This document shows, in pieces, positions 1 through 9,098 of a DNA stretch of 38,074 nt; within the stretch, counting starts at the first letter, position 1, and each line of letters opens with the position of its first letter. The notes under the pieces were generated by a model, which did no database searches, was not told where the DNA came from, and saw only the letters and a list, made by a program, of their open reading frames with translations. A program made the translations under genes and the position numbers. Source of the stretch: a virus (Duplodnaviria; Caudoviricetes); the IMG/VR virus record IMGVR_UViG_3300027196_000008, positions 1 through 38,074 of that record, one strand, 5' to 3'.

Positions 1-1
1 A

Positions 2-664
2 ATTATCCGAACATCTCACAATGGATCAAGAACTTTTGTGCAGTATAGACTTCCAGAGCATACTTATCAGACACCAGATGGTGATACAGCAGCGTTAAGT
101 CTATTATCTATATCATCCTTTGATGGGACATGGCCGTTTATGATTAGTGCAGCAGCTATACAGCAAGCCTGTACAAATCTACAGGTCTTTGTTGGCGGTG
201 AGGTTGCAGTGTTTAAAGCTAAACACACTCGCTCTTTGAACATTGAGCATGGTGGTAGAGCAATTACTAAATCTTTAGAGGTCTTTGAAAAAGAAAGAGA
301 GTTGTGGGCAGAGTGGTCTAAAAAACAAGTCACAGATCAGCAAGCGTTTATATTCTTTTGTAAGTCTCTTAAAGCTAATAAAGCATTAGAGTTGATAGCC
401 GATGGTGGAACACCGGAAACAGCGTTGCAAGACATGCCCCGCAGGAATAAAAGTTTAGAGTTTATCTGGGCAAAATATGTAGGAGTATACAAACACAGAT
501 TAGGTAGTAATTTCTGGGCTGTATATAATGCTATGACAGATTGGTCAACTCATGCAGAAACATCAAGGGAATCATCTATGCACAACATAGCAGCTATACA
601 AAATCAAAGACAGCAGACAGTACGATCTGCATTCACTAACCAACGTATACAACTGGCGGCTTAA
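2..664 (+). CDS. DUF932-like phage/plasmid protein, 5'-truncated by the window edge
   Basis: The frame is open from position 2 (IIRTSHNGSRTFVQYR...), upstream of the listed GTG at 38. Motifs S-F-D-G, C-T-N-L-Q, K-H-T and W-A-V-Y-N-A-M-T-D-W-S-T-H match DUF932-type proteins. Confidence 0.7.
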   Translation: MIRTSHNGSRTFVQYRLPEHTYQTPDGDTAALSLLSISSFDGTWPFMISAAAIQQACTNLQVFVGGEVAVFKAKHTRSLNIEHGGRAITKSLEVFEKERELWAEWSKKQVTDQQAFIFFCKSLKANKALELIADGGTPETALQDMPRRNKSLEFIWAKYVGVYKHRLGSNFWAVYNAMTDWSTHAETSRESSMHNIAAIQNQRQQTVRSAFTNQRIQLAA

Positions 665-665
665 T

Positions 666-872
666 ATGTTTTCAATTCATGTAGGTGGATATAGTATATC
701 TTTAGAACTACGCAATGGAGTAGGTTTAGACTTAGAGTTCTGTGATGCAAGACCGATCTGGGTACACAATAGTTTAACAGATGAAGGAGAATATATGTGC
801 TTTGAAGGCATTATAATCTTACTTCCTTTGTTAGTCTTTAGTTTGGGAAAACCTTATCAGGAAGAAAGTTAA
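666..872 (+). CDS. hypothetical protein, 68 aa, hydrophobic C-terminal stretch
   Basis: ORF starts 1 nt after the upstream stop, and its stop overlaps the next ATG (TAATG). Confidence 0.6.
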   Translation: MFSIHVGGYSISLELRNGVGLDLEFCDARPIWVHNSLTDEGEYMCFEGIIILLPLLVFSLGKPYQEES

Positions 873-1033
873 TGGCATCAGGACAGACACATGGCGGTAA
901 AGGATCTACCGCCAGACCAGTAGACAAGGATAAATTTAATTCAAACTTTGATAAAATCTTTAATAAAGAATTTAAAAAGTTAGTAAAAGATCAGGAGAAA
1001 AGGAGTGAAAAAGAAGCTAAAAAGAATGTTTAA
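872..1033 (+). CDS. small hypothetical protein, 53 aa (MASGQTHGGKGSTARPVDKDKFNSNFDKIF...)
   Basis: Read manually; below the ORF-track cutoff. TAATG coupling with the upstream gene. The GKGS..RP...F..NFD.IF pattern is typical of small phage proteins. Confidence 0.7.
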   Translation: MASGQTHGGKGSTARPVDKDKFNSNFDKIFNKEFKKLVKDQEKRSEKEAKKNV

Positions 1034-1145
1034 TCTTAAAAGAACAGGTGTAAGATTACCCAAGATAACTAGAGCCACGTTAGTTTTAGGCTCACTTGTT
1101 ATAATGTATTACACATTTACTGTACTAACAGGAGTAACTGTATGA
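1026..1145 (+). CDS. small single-pass membrane protein, 39 aa (MFNLKRTGVRLPKITRATLVLGSLVIMYYTFTVLTGVTV)
   Basis: Read manually. Fills the gap exactly, with an ATGA overlap into the next gene. Basic N-terminus followed by a ~20 aa hydrophobic segment. Confidence 0.55.
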   Translation: MFNLKRTGVRLPKITRATLVLGSLVIMYYTFTVLTGVTV

Positions 1146-1438
1146 GTATGTTTGAAGAATCCTTATCAGGAAATCCTAGTACAGAAGCAATGGCAACGGC
1201 CAAAGCAGTTATGGCAGTAACAACGCAAGAAATTAAACTATCAGAAGCCTGTAAAACATACAATGTAAAAGAGAAAGATGTGATAAAATTTATAGTAGAA
1301 CAAACAGAATACAACACGATAATAGATATGGAAAGATTATATAATATATCTACACCTCCTACATTACCAGTACCTAATTGCAAAGATGTCGTTAAAGTTT
1401 CTGTGAAAGGTGGACAAATATGGAGTAAGGAAAAATGA
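1142..1438 (+). CDS. hypothetical protein, possible helix-turn-helix
   Basis: AGGAG Shine-Dalgarno upstream and ATGA overlaps at both ends. The segment LSEACKTYNVKEKDV is HTH-like (weak). Confidence 0.6.
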   Translation: MSMFEESLSGNPSTEAMATAKAVMAVTTQEIKLSEACKTYNVKEKDVIKFIVEQTEYNTIIDMERLYNISTPPTLPVPNCKDVVKVSVKGGQIWSKEK

Positions 1439-1770
1439 GCGAAGAGAATAGAGGTATTGAATTATCAATTCAGAATATTGTTTCGTGGCACTTAGCTAGG
1501 AATCTTATTCACGGATCTGATGACAAACAGCAAGTGCTAAAACTTATTCAGGAAGTAGGCGAACTTTCTGACAGCGTTTGCAAGAAGACCACACCCATTG
1601 ATGACATTGGAGACATCATTGTGGTGCTGGTAAACATTGCTGTCCGACACAACTTGTCTTTAAAGGAATGTATAGATCACGCCTATGAAGATATTAAAGA
1701 TAGGCGCGGTAAGATGTTGGACGGTATTTTTATTAAGGAAGAAGCCGTTGAAGTTGACGGAAATAAATAG
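1435..1770 (+). CDS. mazG: MazG-like nucleotide pyrophosphohydrolase
   Basis: KLIQEVGELS and DDIGDIIVVL motifs, and C-terminal AYEDIKDRRGKM.DG.F.KE typical of phage MazG-like proteins. Confidence 0.88.
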   Translation: MSEENRGIELSIQNIVSWHLARNLIHGSDDKQQVLKLIQEVGELSDSVCKKTTPIDDIGDIIVVLVNIAVRHNLSLKECIDHAYEDIKDRRGKMLDGIFIKEEAVEVDGNK

Positions 1771-1771
1771 C

Positions 1772-1800
1772 TTGACAGCAGTTTTTAAGCATGATACAGT
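1772..1800 (+). promoter_or_regulatory. sigma70-type promoter for the replication genes
   Basis: TTGACA (1772-1777), a 17-nt spacer, then TACAGT (1795-1800) with an extended TGn. It lies in the intergenic gap upstream of SSB. Confidence 0.8.
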
Positions 1801-1834
1801 ACGAATTCACTCACCTAACCAAAGGTAACATAGC

Positions 1835-2263
1835 ATGGCTATACTACAAGGCGAAGCTTATTGGGCTTCAGTAACATCACCAAACACAACCTATGATCCT
1901 GTATACACAGTAAATCTAGTGGTTGACGAAGCAACAGCAGAAGACTTTCAATCACGAGGGTTCACTGTAAAACAAATGGATGAAGGACAGGCACTGGTTA
2001 TTAAACGTAAAGTTAATGGCCCGAACGGAATGGTACGCCCTGCTCCACGTTTAGTAGATAAGTTTAAAAATCCACTAGATGCTAGAGTAGGTAATGGTTC
2101 TAATGTGCGTGTTCAGTACAAGGAGTGGGAGTCGGAATGGAAAGGGAAAGTCTTTAAGGGACTAGATTTCCAAGCAATGCAGGTTATTGACTTAGTAGAA
2201 GTTGGTTCACCTGACGGATCAGAGTTCGATGCGTTTGACTCAAACATGGAAGACGAGTTGTAA
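1835..2263 (+). CDS. single-stranded DNA-binding protein (T7 gp2.5/DUF2815-like)
   Basis: G.AYWA, VGNGS.V.V, and L..QAMQV.DLVE motifs. Acidic C-terminal tail. Positioned upstream of the primase-helicase. Confidence 0.85.
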   Translation: MAILQGEAYWASVTSPNTTYDPVYTVNLVVDEATAEDFQSRGFTVKQMDEGQALVIKRKVNGPNGMVRPAPRLVDKFKNPLDARVGNGSNVRVQYKEWESEWKGKVFKGLDFQAMQVIDLVEVGSPDGSEFDAFDSNMEDEL

Positions 2264-2264
2264 G

Positions 2265-2495
2265 ATGTCTGATTCTATCATAACAGTAGATGATTGCTCT
2301 TATGATACAGAGAAGTTCACTGCCGAAGGTAAAGCTCTTGTTAGGGCTTTACTGGAGGCAGATTTAAAACTTCAAGAAGCTATAACTACTGTATCTATTA
2401 TGCAAGCAGCTACAGTAACATTAATAAATAATCTTAAAACCCATCTAACGGAAGAGGCTATAGTAGTAAGGAGTGCTACATCTAATGAGGAATAA
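2265..2495 (+). CDS. hypothetical protein, 76 aa
   Basis: In-frame ATG at 2265, 1 nt after the SSB stop, preferred over the overlapping start at 2202. Helical C-terminal half. Confidence 0.65.
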   Translation: MSDSIITVDDCSYDTEKFTAEGKALVRALLEADLKLQEAITTVSIMQAATVTLINNLKTHLTEEAIVVRSATSNEE

Positions 2496-2497
2496 CA

Positions 2498-4168
2498 ATG
2501 CCTTTTGTAAAATTTCATCAACCTTGTTTCGAGTGCGGGAGTTCTGATGCCGCATCAATAAATGAAGATGGTTCAGCTTGGTGTTTTAGCTGTTCTAAAT
2601 ATTTTAAAAACTACAGTACACAGGAAGTACAACAACCAGATACAATAACGGAATTTGATACGTATCAGAGAAATAAAAACATGTCTGATAACAACCCTTC
2701 TGCTCAGTTCAATGAGTTGATTGATCGCAAGATCAGTTTAGCAACAGCTAAAAAATACGGTGTAAAATCTACACTATCCAATAACTCTATCACTACCCAT
2801 CATTATCCCTACTACCACAAGAACGAGTATGTGGGATCTAAAATCCGCAAGCCCAATAAAGACTTTGTTTGGACAGGTAATGCTAAAGAAAGCGGCCTGT
2901 TTGGTGAACAGCTATTCAAGTCGGGTGGTAAATTTATTACCTTAGTTGAAGGCGAGTGTGATGCTATGGCAGCATATGAACTTATGGGCAGCAAATGGCC
3001 TGTAGTTTCTGTAAAGAATGGTGCTGGTGGTGGAGTGAAAGATGTTAAAAATAATCTAGAGTTTTTAGAATCTTTTGATTCTGTTGTTATTTGTTTTGAC
3101 AACGACTCTGCTGGTCAGGAGGCTTCAAGAAAAATAGCGAAGCTACTGACCCCCGGCAAAGCCAAGTTAATGACCCTCCCTACGGACTTCAAAGATCCCA
3201 ATGATATGTTGCGGCAAGGTAGACATTCTACTTTTGTTAGCTGCTTCTGGGATGCTAAAGTCTACACACCCTCTGGCGTATTAAATTTATCAGAGCAGCT
3301 TGAGGCTTATCAAGAACTAAGGGCTAACAAAATAACCGCTATCCCTTACCCTTGGTTCGGCCTCAACAGAAAGCTAGAAGGACTAAGAGCAGGAGAACTT
3401 CTGACGCTCACTGGAGGTACAGGTCTTGGTAAGTCTAGTGTTACCAGAGAGCTAGAACACTGGCTAATACAACACACCAAAGATAACGTAGGGGTTCTCG
3501 CTTTAGAAGAGAACTGGTCTAGAACTGCCGAAGGCATAATGTCTATTGAGGCTAATGCAAAGCTACACTTGGAAAGCGTAAAGAATAGATTCACCCCCTC
3601 AGAACTAGATGCTTGCTTTGAGAAAGTCTTTATGGGTGAGAACACAGGAAGGGTTTGGATACACGCTCACCACGGTGTTAATAATCTTGATGATATATTC
3701 AGCAAGCTTAGATATATGATTATTGGATTAGACTGCAAGTGGATAGTTGTTGATCACCTGCATATGTTAGTTCTCTCTACACTGGAGAATGACGAACGTA
3801 AAGCTATTGATAGTATTATGCACAGACTCAGAACACTGGTCGAAGAGACAGGCTGTGGCATGATTCTAGTGTCTCACTTGCGGAGAATAGATGGCAATAG
3901 AGGCCATGAGAATGGTATTGAGACAGGGCTATCGCACCTTAGAGGCTCTCAGAGCATTGCACAGTTGTCTGATTGTGTCATAGCTTTGGAACGAAATCAG
4001 CAGAGCGATGATGAGATTGAAGCATCTACTACTAGAGTCAGGGTGTTGAAGTCTCGATACACAGGGGATGTCGGTATAGCTACTCACCTTTTATATGAGA
4101 ATGAGACAGGAAGACTCAAAGAGATTTTAGATTATAGTGATGATGAGTTTACTGGAGAAGAGCTATGA
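2498..4168 (+). CDS. T7 gp4-like DNA primase-helicase
   Basis: Zn ribbon CFEC...CFSC. TOPRIM motifs EGECD, FDND and KDPND. SF4 helicase Walker A GGTGLGKS, Walker B IVVDHLH, plus LRGSQSIAQLSD and K.R.TG. Confidence 0.96.
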   Translation: MPFVKFHQPCFECGSSDAASINEDGSAWCFSCSKYFKNYSTQEVQQPDTITEFDTYQRNKNMSDNNPSAQFNELIDRKISLATAKKYGVKSTLSNNSITTHHYPYYHKNEYVGSKIRKPNKDFVWTGNAKESGLFGEQLFKSGGKFITLVEGECDAMAAYELMGSKWPVVSVKNGAGGGVKDVKNNLEFLESFDSVVICFDNDSAGQEASRKIAKLLTPGKAKLMTLPTDFKDPNDMLRQGRHSTFVSCFWDAKVYTPSGVLNLSEQLEAYQELRANKITAIPYPWFGLNRKLEGLRAGELLTLTGGTGLGKSSVTRELEHWLIQHTKDNVGVLALEENWSRTAEGIMSIEANAKLHLESVKNRFTPSELDACFEKVFMGENTGRVWIHAHHGVNNLDDIFSKLRYMIIGLDCKWIVVDHLHMLVLSTLENDERKAIDSIMHRLRTLVEETGCGMILVSHLRRIDGNRGHENGIETGLSHLRGSQSIAQLSDCVIALERNQQSDDEIEASTTRVRVLKSRYTGDVGIATHLLYENETGRLKEILDYSDDEFTGEEL

Positions 4169-5931
4169 GTAATTTAGTTTTTGATATAGAAGCTGATGGA
4201 CTAAACCCCACTAAAATATTTTGTATTGTAGCTATGGATGTAGACACTAAGGATGTGTTTACATTTGACAACACTCAGCTACAAGAAGGATATGATATGC
4301 TAATGTCTGCAACAAAGTTAATAGGACATAACATAATAGGGTATGACATCCCTGCGGTAGAAAGAATTGCAGGTGTAGACTTATCTAAATCTAAGGCTGT
4401 AGATACTCTAGTTCTTTCCCGCTTATTTAAACCTACAAGAGAAGGAGGCCACGGCCTTGAGAACTGGGGCTATCGTATAGGGTTTAACAAAGGAACATAT
4501 GGCGAACAGGAAGATGCTTGGGACTACTATCGCCCTGAGATGCTAGATTATTGTCGCAGAGATGTCGAGTTGAACTATAAAGTATATCAAGCTTTGAAGT
4601 TAGAAAGCAGAGGCTTCACCCCTACATCTGTTAAGATTGAACACGCTACAGCTAAGATTGTAGATCAACAAAGAACTAACGGGTTTGTACTTGATCAACG
4701 TAAAGCAATGCTTCTTGTTGCAATGTTCCAAGAAAAGCTAGATGAAGTTAAACAAGAAGTTCAAGAAAGATTTAAACCTACTGTTGTTACTCAGATACTA
4801 ACCCCTAAGTTTACTGCTACCGGAGCGTTAGCTAAAACAGCAGTTGATCAACACGGAAAAGGTGTAAGACTTAATGATAGGGAATATGAAATACTTGCTT
4901 TAGATATTGAACGCAAACCTATTGCACGAAAAACATTTATTGAGTTTAACCTTGGATCACGCAAACAGATCGGAGAGTATCTTATTCGGTTCGGATGGAA
5001 GCCCAAGAACTATACTCCTACAGGACAGCCTATTGTTGATGAAGGTACTTTAAATAAAGTTAAGCATATTCCCGAAGCTGCCCTTATTGCTAACTATCTA
5101 ATGCTTCAAAAGCGTTTAGCTCAAGTGAACAGTTGGCTTAAAGAGTTGAATGAAGATACAGGAAGAGTGCATGGCTATGTTAATCCTAATGGAGCAGTGA
5201 CATCTAGAATGACACATTCCCACCCGAACATGGCTCAAATCCCCAGTAGCAACTCCCCTTATGGCAAAGAGTGTAGGTCGTGTTGGACTGTGCCAAAAGG
5301 ATATAAACTTGTAGGCATTGATGCGTCTGGCTTAGAACTTAGGATGCTTGCACATTATTTAAATGACGAGGCTTATACAAATGAAATACTCAATGGAGAC
5401 ATCCACACAGCTAACCAAAAACTTGCAGGACTTGAATCTAGAAATCAGGCAAAAACTTTTATCTATGCACTCTTGTACGGAGCAGGAGATGCAAAGCTTG
5501 GCTCAGTGGCTGGAAGAGGCAGAGCAGCAGGTAAAGAACTTAGAAAGTCTTTCTTTGATAATCTCCCATCATTTAAAAATCTTTCAGGAAAAGTACAAAG
5601 AGAAGCTAAGTCAGGCAAAATAAAAGGTCTTGATGGCCGCAAGCTTTTAGTCCGGTCTGAACACGCAGCTTTAAATACTTTATTGCAGGGAGCAGGGGCG
5701 ATTGTAATGAAACAAGCGTTGATTATTCTGGATACAAAAATACGACACTTAGATGCTAAGTTTGTCGCTAATGTACATGACGAATGGCAAATAGAATGTA
5801 ACGAAACTGTAGCTGATACTGTAGGAAAACTAGGAGTAGAAGCTATTATTGAAGCAGGTGTAGAATTAAACCTTAACTGTCCACTAGACGGAGACTATCA
5901 TGTTGGAAACAACTGGAGCGAAACACATTAA
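4165..5931 (+). CDS. family A DNA polymerase (T7-like) with 3'-5' exonuclease
   Basis: ExoI FDIEAD, ExoII HNIIGYD, ExoIII YCRRD. Polymerase motif A DASGLELR, motif B RNQAKTFIYALLYG, motif C VHDEWQ. Confidence 0.97.
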   Translation: MSNLVFDIEADGLNPTKIFCIVAMDVDTKDVFTFDNTQLQEGYDMLMSATKLIGHNIIGYDIPAVERIAGVDLSKSKAVDTLVLSRLFKPTREGGHGLENWGYRIGFNKGTYGEQEDAWDYYRPEMLDYCRRDVELNYKVYQALKLESRGFTPTSVKIEHATAKIVDQQRTNGFVLDQRKAMLLVAMFQEKLDEVKQEVQERFKPTVVTQILTPKFTATGALAKTAVDQHGKGVRLNDREYEILALDIERKPIARKTFIEFNLGSRKQIGEYLIRFGWKPKNYTPTGQPIVDEGTLNKVKHIPEAALIANYLMLQKRLAQVNSWLKELNEDTGRVHGYVNPNGAVTSRMTHSHPNMAQIPSSNSPYGKECRSCWTVPKGYKLVGIDASGLELRMLAHYLNDEAYTNEILNGDIHTANQKLAGLESRNQAKTFIYALLYGAGDAKLGSVAGRGRAAGKELRKSFFDNLPSFKNLSGKVQREAKSGKIKGLDGRKLLVRSEHAALNTLLQGAGAIVMKQALIILDTKIRHLDAKFVANVHDEWQIECNETVADTVGKLGVEAIIEAGVELNLNCPLDGDYHVGNNWSETH

Positions 5932-6394
5932 TTTAAATGCTGTTGAACAGCGCATTGCTAAACACATGGCTAAGTCTAGATACGAAACATCTAGAGCAGC
6001 GGGTATTAAGAATAACCGGAAAGGCCCACAGTCTGATTTTGAAACTGACCTAGAAGGATTTGGTTCGGAGTTGGCCGCAGCAAAACTTTTAAATGTCTGG
6101 CCCGATTTAGATTTAGATGTTATCCCTGACCATGATCTTATGTTTAATGGTAAAACTATAGACGTTAAATCTACTAAGTATAAAACTGGAAGGCTGTGTG
6201 CAGGACTTCATAAAGTAAATAAGTCTTGCGATTACTATATGTTAATGGTAGGCTCTTTTCCTAGTTATACATTTGCAGGTCTTGCTTCTAAAGAAGAACT
6301 GTTAAATCAAAAAAACATTATTAATCTAGGTTGGGGCGAATTGTTTGCTTTAGATCAGTCAGCCCTTAAAACCTTAGAAGTTTTAAAGGAGTAA
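5900..6394 (+). CDS. putative PD-(D/E)xK-fold endonuclease
   Basis: G..SE..AAK helix and D-L....K.IDVKST motif. GGAG 6 nt upstream of the ATG. Overlaps the polymerase 3' end by 32 nt. Confidence 0.55.
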   Translation: MLETTGAKHINLNAVEQRIAKHMAKSRYETSRAAGIKNNRKGPQSDFETDLEGFGSELAAAKLLNVWPDLDLDVIPDHDLMFNGKTIDVKSTKYKTGRLCAGLHKVNKSCDYYMLMVGSFPSYTFAGLASKEELLNQKNIINLGWGELFALDQSALKTLEVLKE

Positions 6395-6397
6395 GGC

Positions 6398-6877
6398 ATG
6401 AACGCAATCAATCCCAAGACAGGTAAAGAGTATTACTATAAAGATAACCCCCAAGCTGTTAAAGCTAGAGATCAAAAACGTATGTTTGTAGATAGTAAAG
6501 AAGTTAAAAAACTACATCCCTTATATAAAGCTGGTAGATATAAAGGATTTGAAGATGCAGCTTTTAAGTCTTTACCTAATTATACTGACAGCATCTCAGG
6601 TGAAATTTATATTATTACTAACCCTGCTTGGGAAGGTTGGGTTAAAGTAGGCATGGCAGTAGAAGCGTCTGATAGAGCTAAAAACTATCAGACCTCTTCC
6701 CCTTTTAGAGACTATGAACTTGCTTATGTTGTCTCTGCTCTTGATCGAAGAGCCGTTGAAACAGAAGCACACAAAAGACTTGCAGACTTATTTGAACAGC
6801 GTAATGAATGGTTTAAATGTAGCGTTGCTATTGCCACTAGAATTATAGATTCCGTTATTGGAGAACAAGATGAGTAA
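6398..6877 (+). CDS. T5orf172/GIY-YIG superfamily nuclease
   Basis: GEIYIITNPAWEGWVKVG, R...YQTSSP.RDY, E...H and EWF motifs. AAGGAG upstream. Confidence 0.85.
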   Translation: MNAINPKTGKEYYYKDNPQAVKARDQKRMFVDSKEVKKLHPLYKAGRYKGFEDAAFKSLPNYTDSISGEIYIITNPAWEGWVKVGMAVEASDRAKNYQTSSPFRDYELAYVVSALDRRAVETEAHKRLADLFEQRNEWFKCSVAIATRIIDSVIGEQDE

Positions 6878-7727
6878 GCTATCAACAGTAGTGCCTGATA
6901 TTTATAAGCACTTAGAAAATTTAAGTGCAGGAGAGCCTCTCCCTCTTACAGACGAAGACATAGATAAAACGGTAGAAGACATTAGAGCCGCCTTAAAGTC
7001 TTGGGCAACTCCTCGTAAACAAAACGAAGACTTTACTGTGCGTATGTCTAATGCAGGTAAGCCCCATCGTCAGTTGTGGTACGAGAAAAGAGATCCACAA
7101 GGACGCAGCGATATTGATGGGCCGACACAGATAAAGTTTCTTTATGGGCATTTGCTGGAAGAAGTTGTACTAATGTTGGTACGTATGGCTAAACACGAAG
7201 TTACCGATGAACAGAAAGAAGTGGTTGTCGAAGGTGTTGTAGGCCATATGGATTGTAAAATTAATGGGGAGGTTGTCGATGTTAAAACAGCATCACGGTT
7301 TGCATTCAATAAGTTTCGTGATGGGAGACTAGCACAGGACGATCCTTTTGGTTATCTTGGGCAGCTTTCAGGATATGAAGAAGCTGAAGGAACTACTGAA
7401 GGCGGGTTTTTAGTTTTGAATAAAGAAAGCGGTGAGCTATGTATGTATGTTCCCGATGATTTAGATAAGCCCAACATTAAGTTTAAAATTAACCAGCTAA
7501 TCCCTTCTTTAGATCTTGACACGCCCCCCGACTATTGCTACGATCCAGTAGAAGATGGCAAGAAAGGAAACATGAAACTAGCCAAAGGCTGTAGCTGGTG
7601 TAAATATAAATATCAATGCCATGCTGATTCAAATGATGGTGAAGGATTACGGACATTTAAATATTCTAACGGCCTTTCATATTTGACTAAGGTTGTTGTT
7701 GAACCTAAAGTAGAGGAACTACTGTGA
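6870..7727 (+). CDS. PD-(D/E)xK exonuclease (Cas4/RecB-like)
   Basis: R.S..G...RQLWY, KFLYGH..E, GHMD....G.VVDVK, Y..Q..GY and C.WC.Y...C motifs. ATG at 6870 follows GGAGA. Confidence 0.85.
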   Translation: MSKLSTVVPDIYKHLENLSAGEPLPLTDEDIDKTVEDIRAALKSWATPRKQNEDFTVRMSNAGKPHRQLWYEKRDPQGRSDIDGPTQIKFLYGHLLEEVVLMLVRMAKHEVTDEQKEVVVEGVVGHMDCKINGEVVDVKTASRFAFNKFRDGRLAQDDPFGYLGQLSGYEEAEGTTEGGFLVLNKESGELCMYVPDDLDKPNIKFKINQLIPSLDLDTPPDYCYDPVEDGKKGNMKLAKGCSWCKYKYQCHADSNDGEGLRTFKYSNGLSYLTKVVVEPKVEELL

Positions 7728-8017
7728 ACAGTAAAAAAGCAAAAAGCATTCGCAAACAAACAGATGTTTTATTGGTAGAGTGGCTAAGATCTTTGTTAAA
7801 TGAAGAAGAAGCAAACGCTGTCACACTTGATAACTACAAAGAATTAATGCCTGATCAAACACATATCTTTGTATCTAACAATATGCGGTTGAGTGCTTAT
7901 CACCCTAAGTGGATGTCTAAAAAAATCAAACAGCTTATTAAAATTTTTCCAGAACTTGAAATTAAAGATATAACTTTGGAGATGGTACAATGGAAAATGG
8001 CAAAAAGTCAGGTATAG
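7724..8017 (+). CDS. hypothetical protein
   Basis: GTGA overlap with the upstream stop and GAGG Shine-Dalgarno. Confidence 0.65.
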   Translation: MNSKKAKSIRKQTDVLLVEWLRSLLNEEEANAVTLDNYKELMPDQTHIFVSNNMRLSAYHPKWMSKKIKQLIKIFPELEIKDITLEMVQWKMAKSQV

Positions 8018-8160
8018 AAATTGAAAATGCAATTATTGCTGTAGGTAGTTTCCTATACAATACTGATAACTCTATCATGGATCTAGATAAAAACTTTTTA
8101 GAAGACCTTATGGATTTAATAGAGGCAGAACTAGAAAGAAGAGAGGCACAGTTACATTGA
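7990..8160 (+). CDS. small acidic hypothetical protein, 56 aa (MENGKKSGIEIENAIIAVGSFLY...ELERREAQLH)
   Basis: Read manually. GGAG upstream. Fills the gap, and its TGA overlaps the TTG start of the next gene. Confidence 0.6.
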   Translation: MENGKKSGIEIENAIIAVGSFLYNTDNSIMDLDKNFLEDLMDLIEAELERREAQLH

Positions 8161-8621
8161 AAAATAAAAAAGGATTTAGAAAAGCAAGAGTCAAGCGGCC
8201 TGTTGAGAAAAATGTTATGACAGGATATGATTCTAACTGGGAGTATGAATTACATTCAGGTATCTTAGATGCTTGGAGTTTCCACTCTGATAAAATTGAG
8301 TATACTGTTCAACATAAATATGAACCAGACTTTGTTAAAGAAGTTGCGGGGAAGACAATCCTTCTAGAAGCTAAAGGACGTTTCTGGGACTATTCTGAAT
8401 ACAGTAAATACATTTGGATAAACAAAGTGTTACCCGAAGATACTGAACTTGTTTTTCTTTTTGCTAACTCTTCTGCTCCAATGCCTCAAGCCAAGCGTAG
8501 AAAAGACGGTACTAAAAGAAGTCATGGAGAATGGGCAACAGCAAACGGATTTACTTGGTACAGCGAAGATACTATACCAGATGGTTGGATTAATGTTGCT
8601 AAAAGAGAAACATTCAAATGA
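8157..8621 (+). CDS. T7 endonuclease I-like Holliday junction resolvase
   Basis: YDS.WE, Y.PDF, LEAKGRF, and H.EWA..NGF.W motifs. Confidence 0.88.
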   Translation: MKNKKGFRKARVKRPVEKNVMTGYDSNWEYELHSGILDAWSFHSDKIEYTVQHKYEPDFVKEVAGKTILLEAKGRFWDYSEYSKYIWINKVLPEDTELVFLFANSSAPMPQAKRRKDGTKRSHGEWATANGFTWYSEDTIPDGWINVAKRETFK

Positions 8622-8755
8622 ACGAGCAGAGTCGCAAAGATGAAAGAAGGTCTAGATTTGACAGAAAGAAGAAGTTTAAGAAAGTATCTTCTGCGACAGA
8701 GCTAAAAAAAACTAAACGTAAACATAATAAGGCACATGAAAATGAGCATAGATGA
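8618..8755 (+). CDS. small basic hypothetical protein, 45 aa (MNEQSRKDERRSRFDRKKKF...)
   Basis: Read manually. ATGA coupling to the endonuclease stop, and it fills the gap to DUF3310. Confidence 0.5.
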   Translation: MNEQSRKDERRSRFDRKKKFKKVSSATELKKTKRKHNKAHENEHR

Positions 8756-9098
8756 TGCAACACCAGCAGATTGGGACAGGCTGCGCCAGCAATCACCCGC
8801 TATTGAAAAGAAAGCCACAGGGTTAGATGTGTGGATGAGGGCAGCACACGATGAAGCGTCTGAGGCGTGGGAAGAGGATGTAGTTAACAAGCCTAGTCAT
8901 TATAACACTGGCAACATAGAGTGTATTGATGCAATAGAGGAGTCCATGTCCAGTGTTGCATTTAAAGGCTACCTCAAGGGCAACTGTATGAAGTACCTTT
9001 GGAGGTACGACTATAAGGGCAAGCAGGTACAGGACTTGCAGAAGGCTGGCTGGTACTTAAACAAACTAACAGACATGGTAGCAGAGGAGAACAACTAA
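8736..9098 (+). CDS. DUF3310 family protein (T7 gp1.7-like)
   Basis: D.VN.PSHY..G.IECIDAI, GN..KY.WR...KG..VQDL.KA.WYL signature. Confidence 0.9.
   Translation: MKMSIDDATPADWDRLRQQSPAIEKKATGLDVWMRAAHDEASEAWEEDVVNKPSHYNTGNIECIDAIEESMSSVAFKGYLKGNCMKYLWRYDYKGKQVQDLQKAGWYLNKLTDMVAEENN

Noticed and set aside
6870-7727. Cas4-like gene as part of a CRISPR system
   Set aside because: It lies in the standard replication module as the phage exonuclease, with no cas1/cas2 or array.
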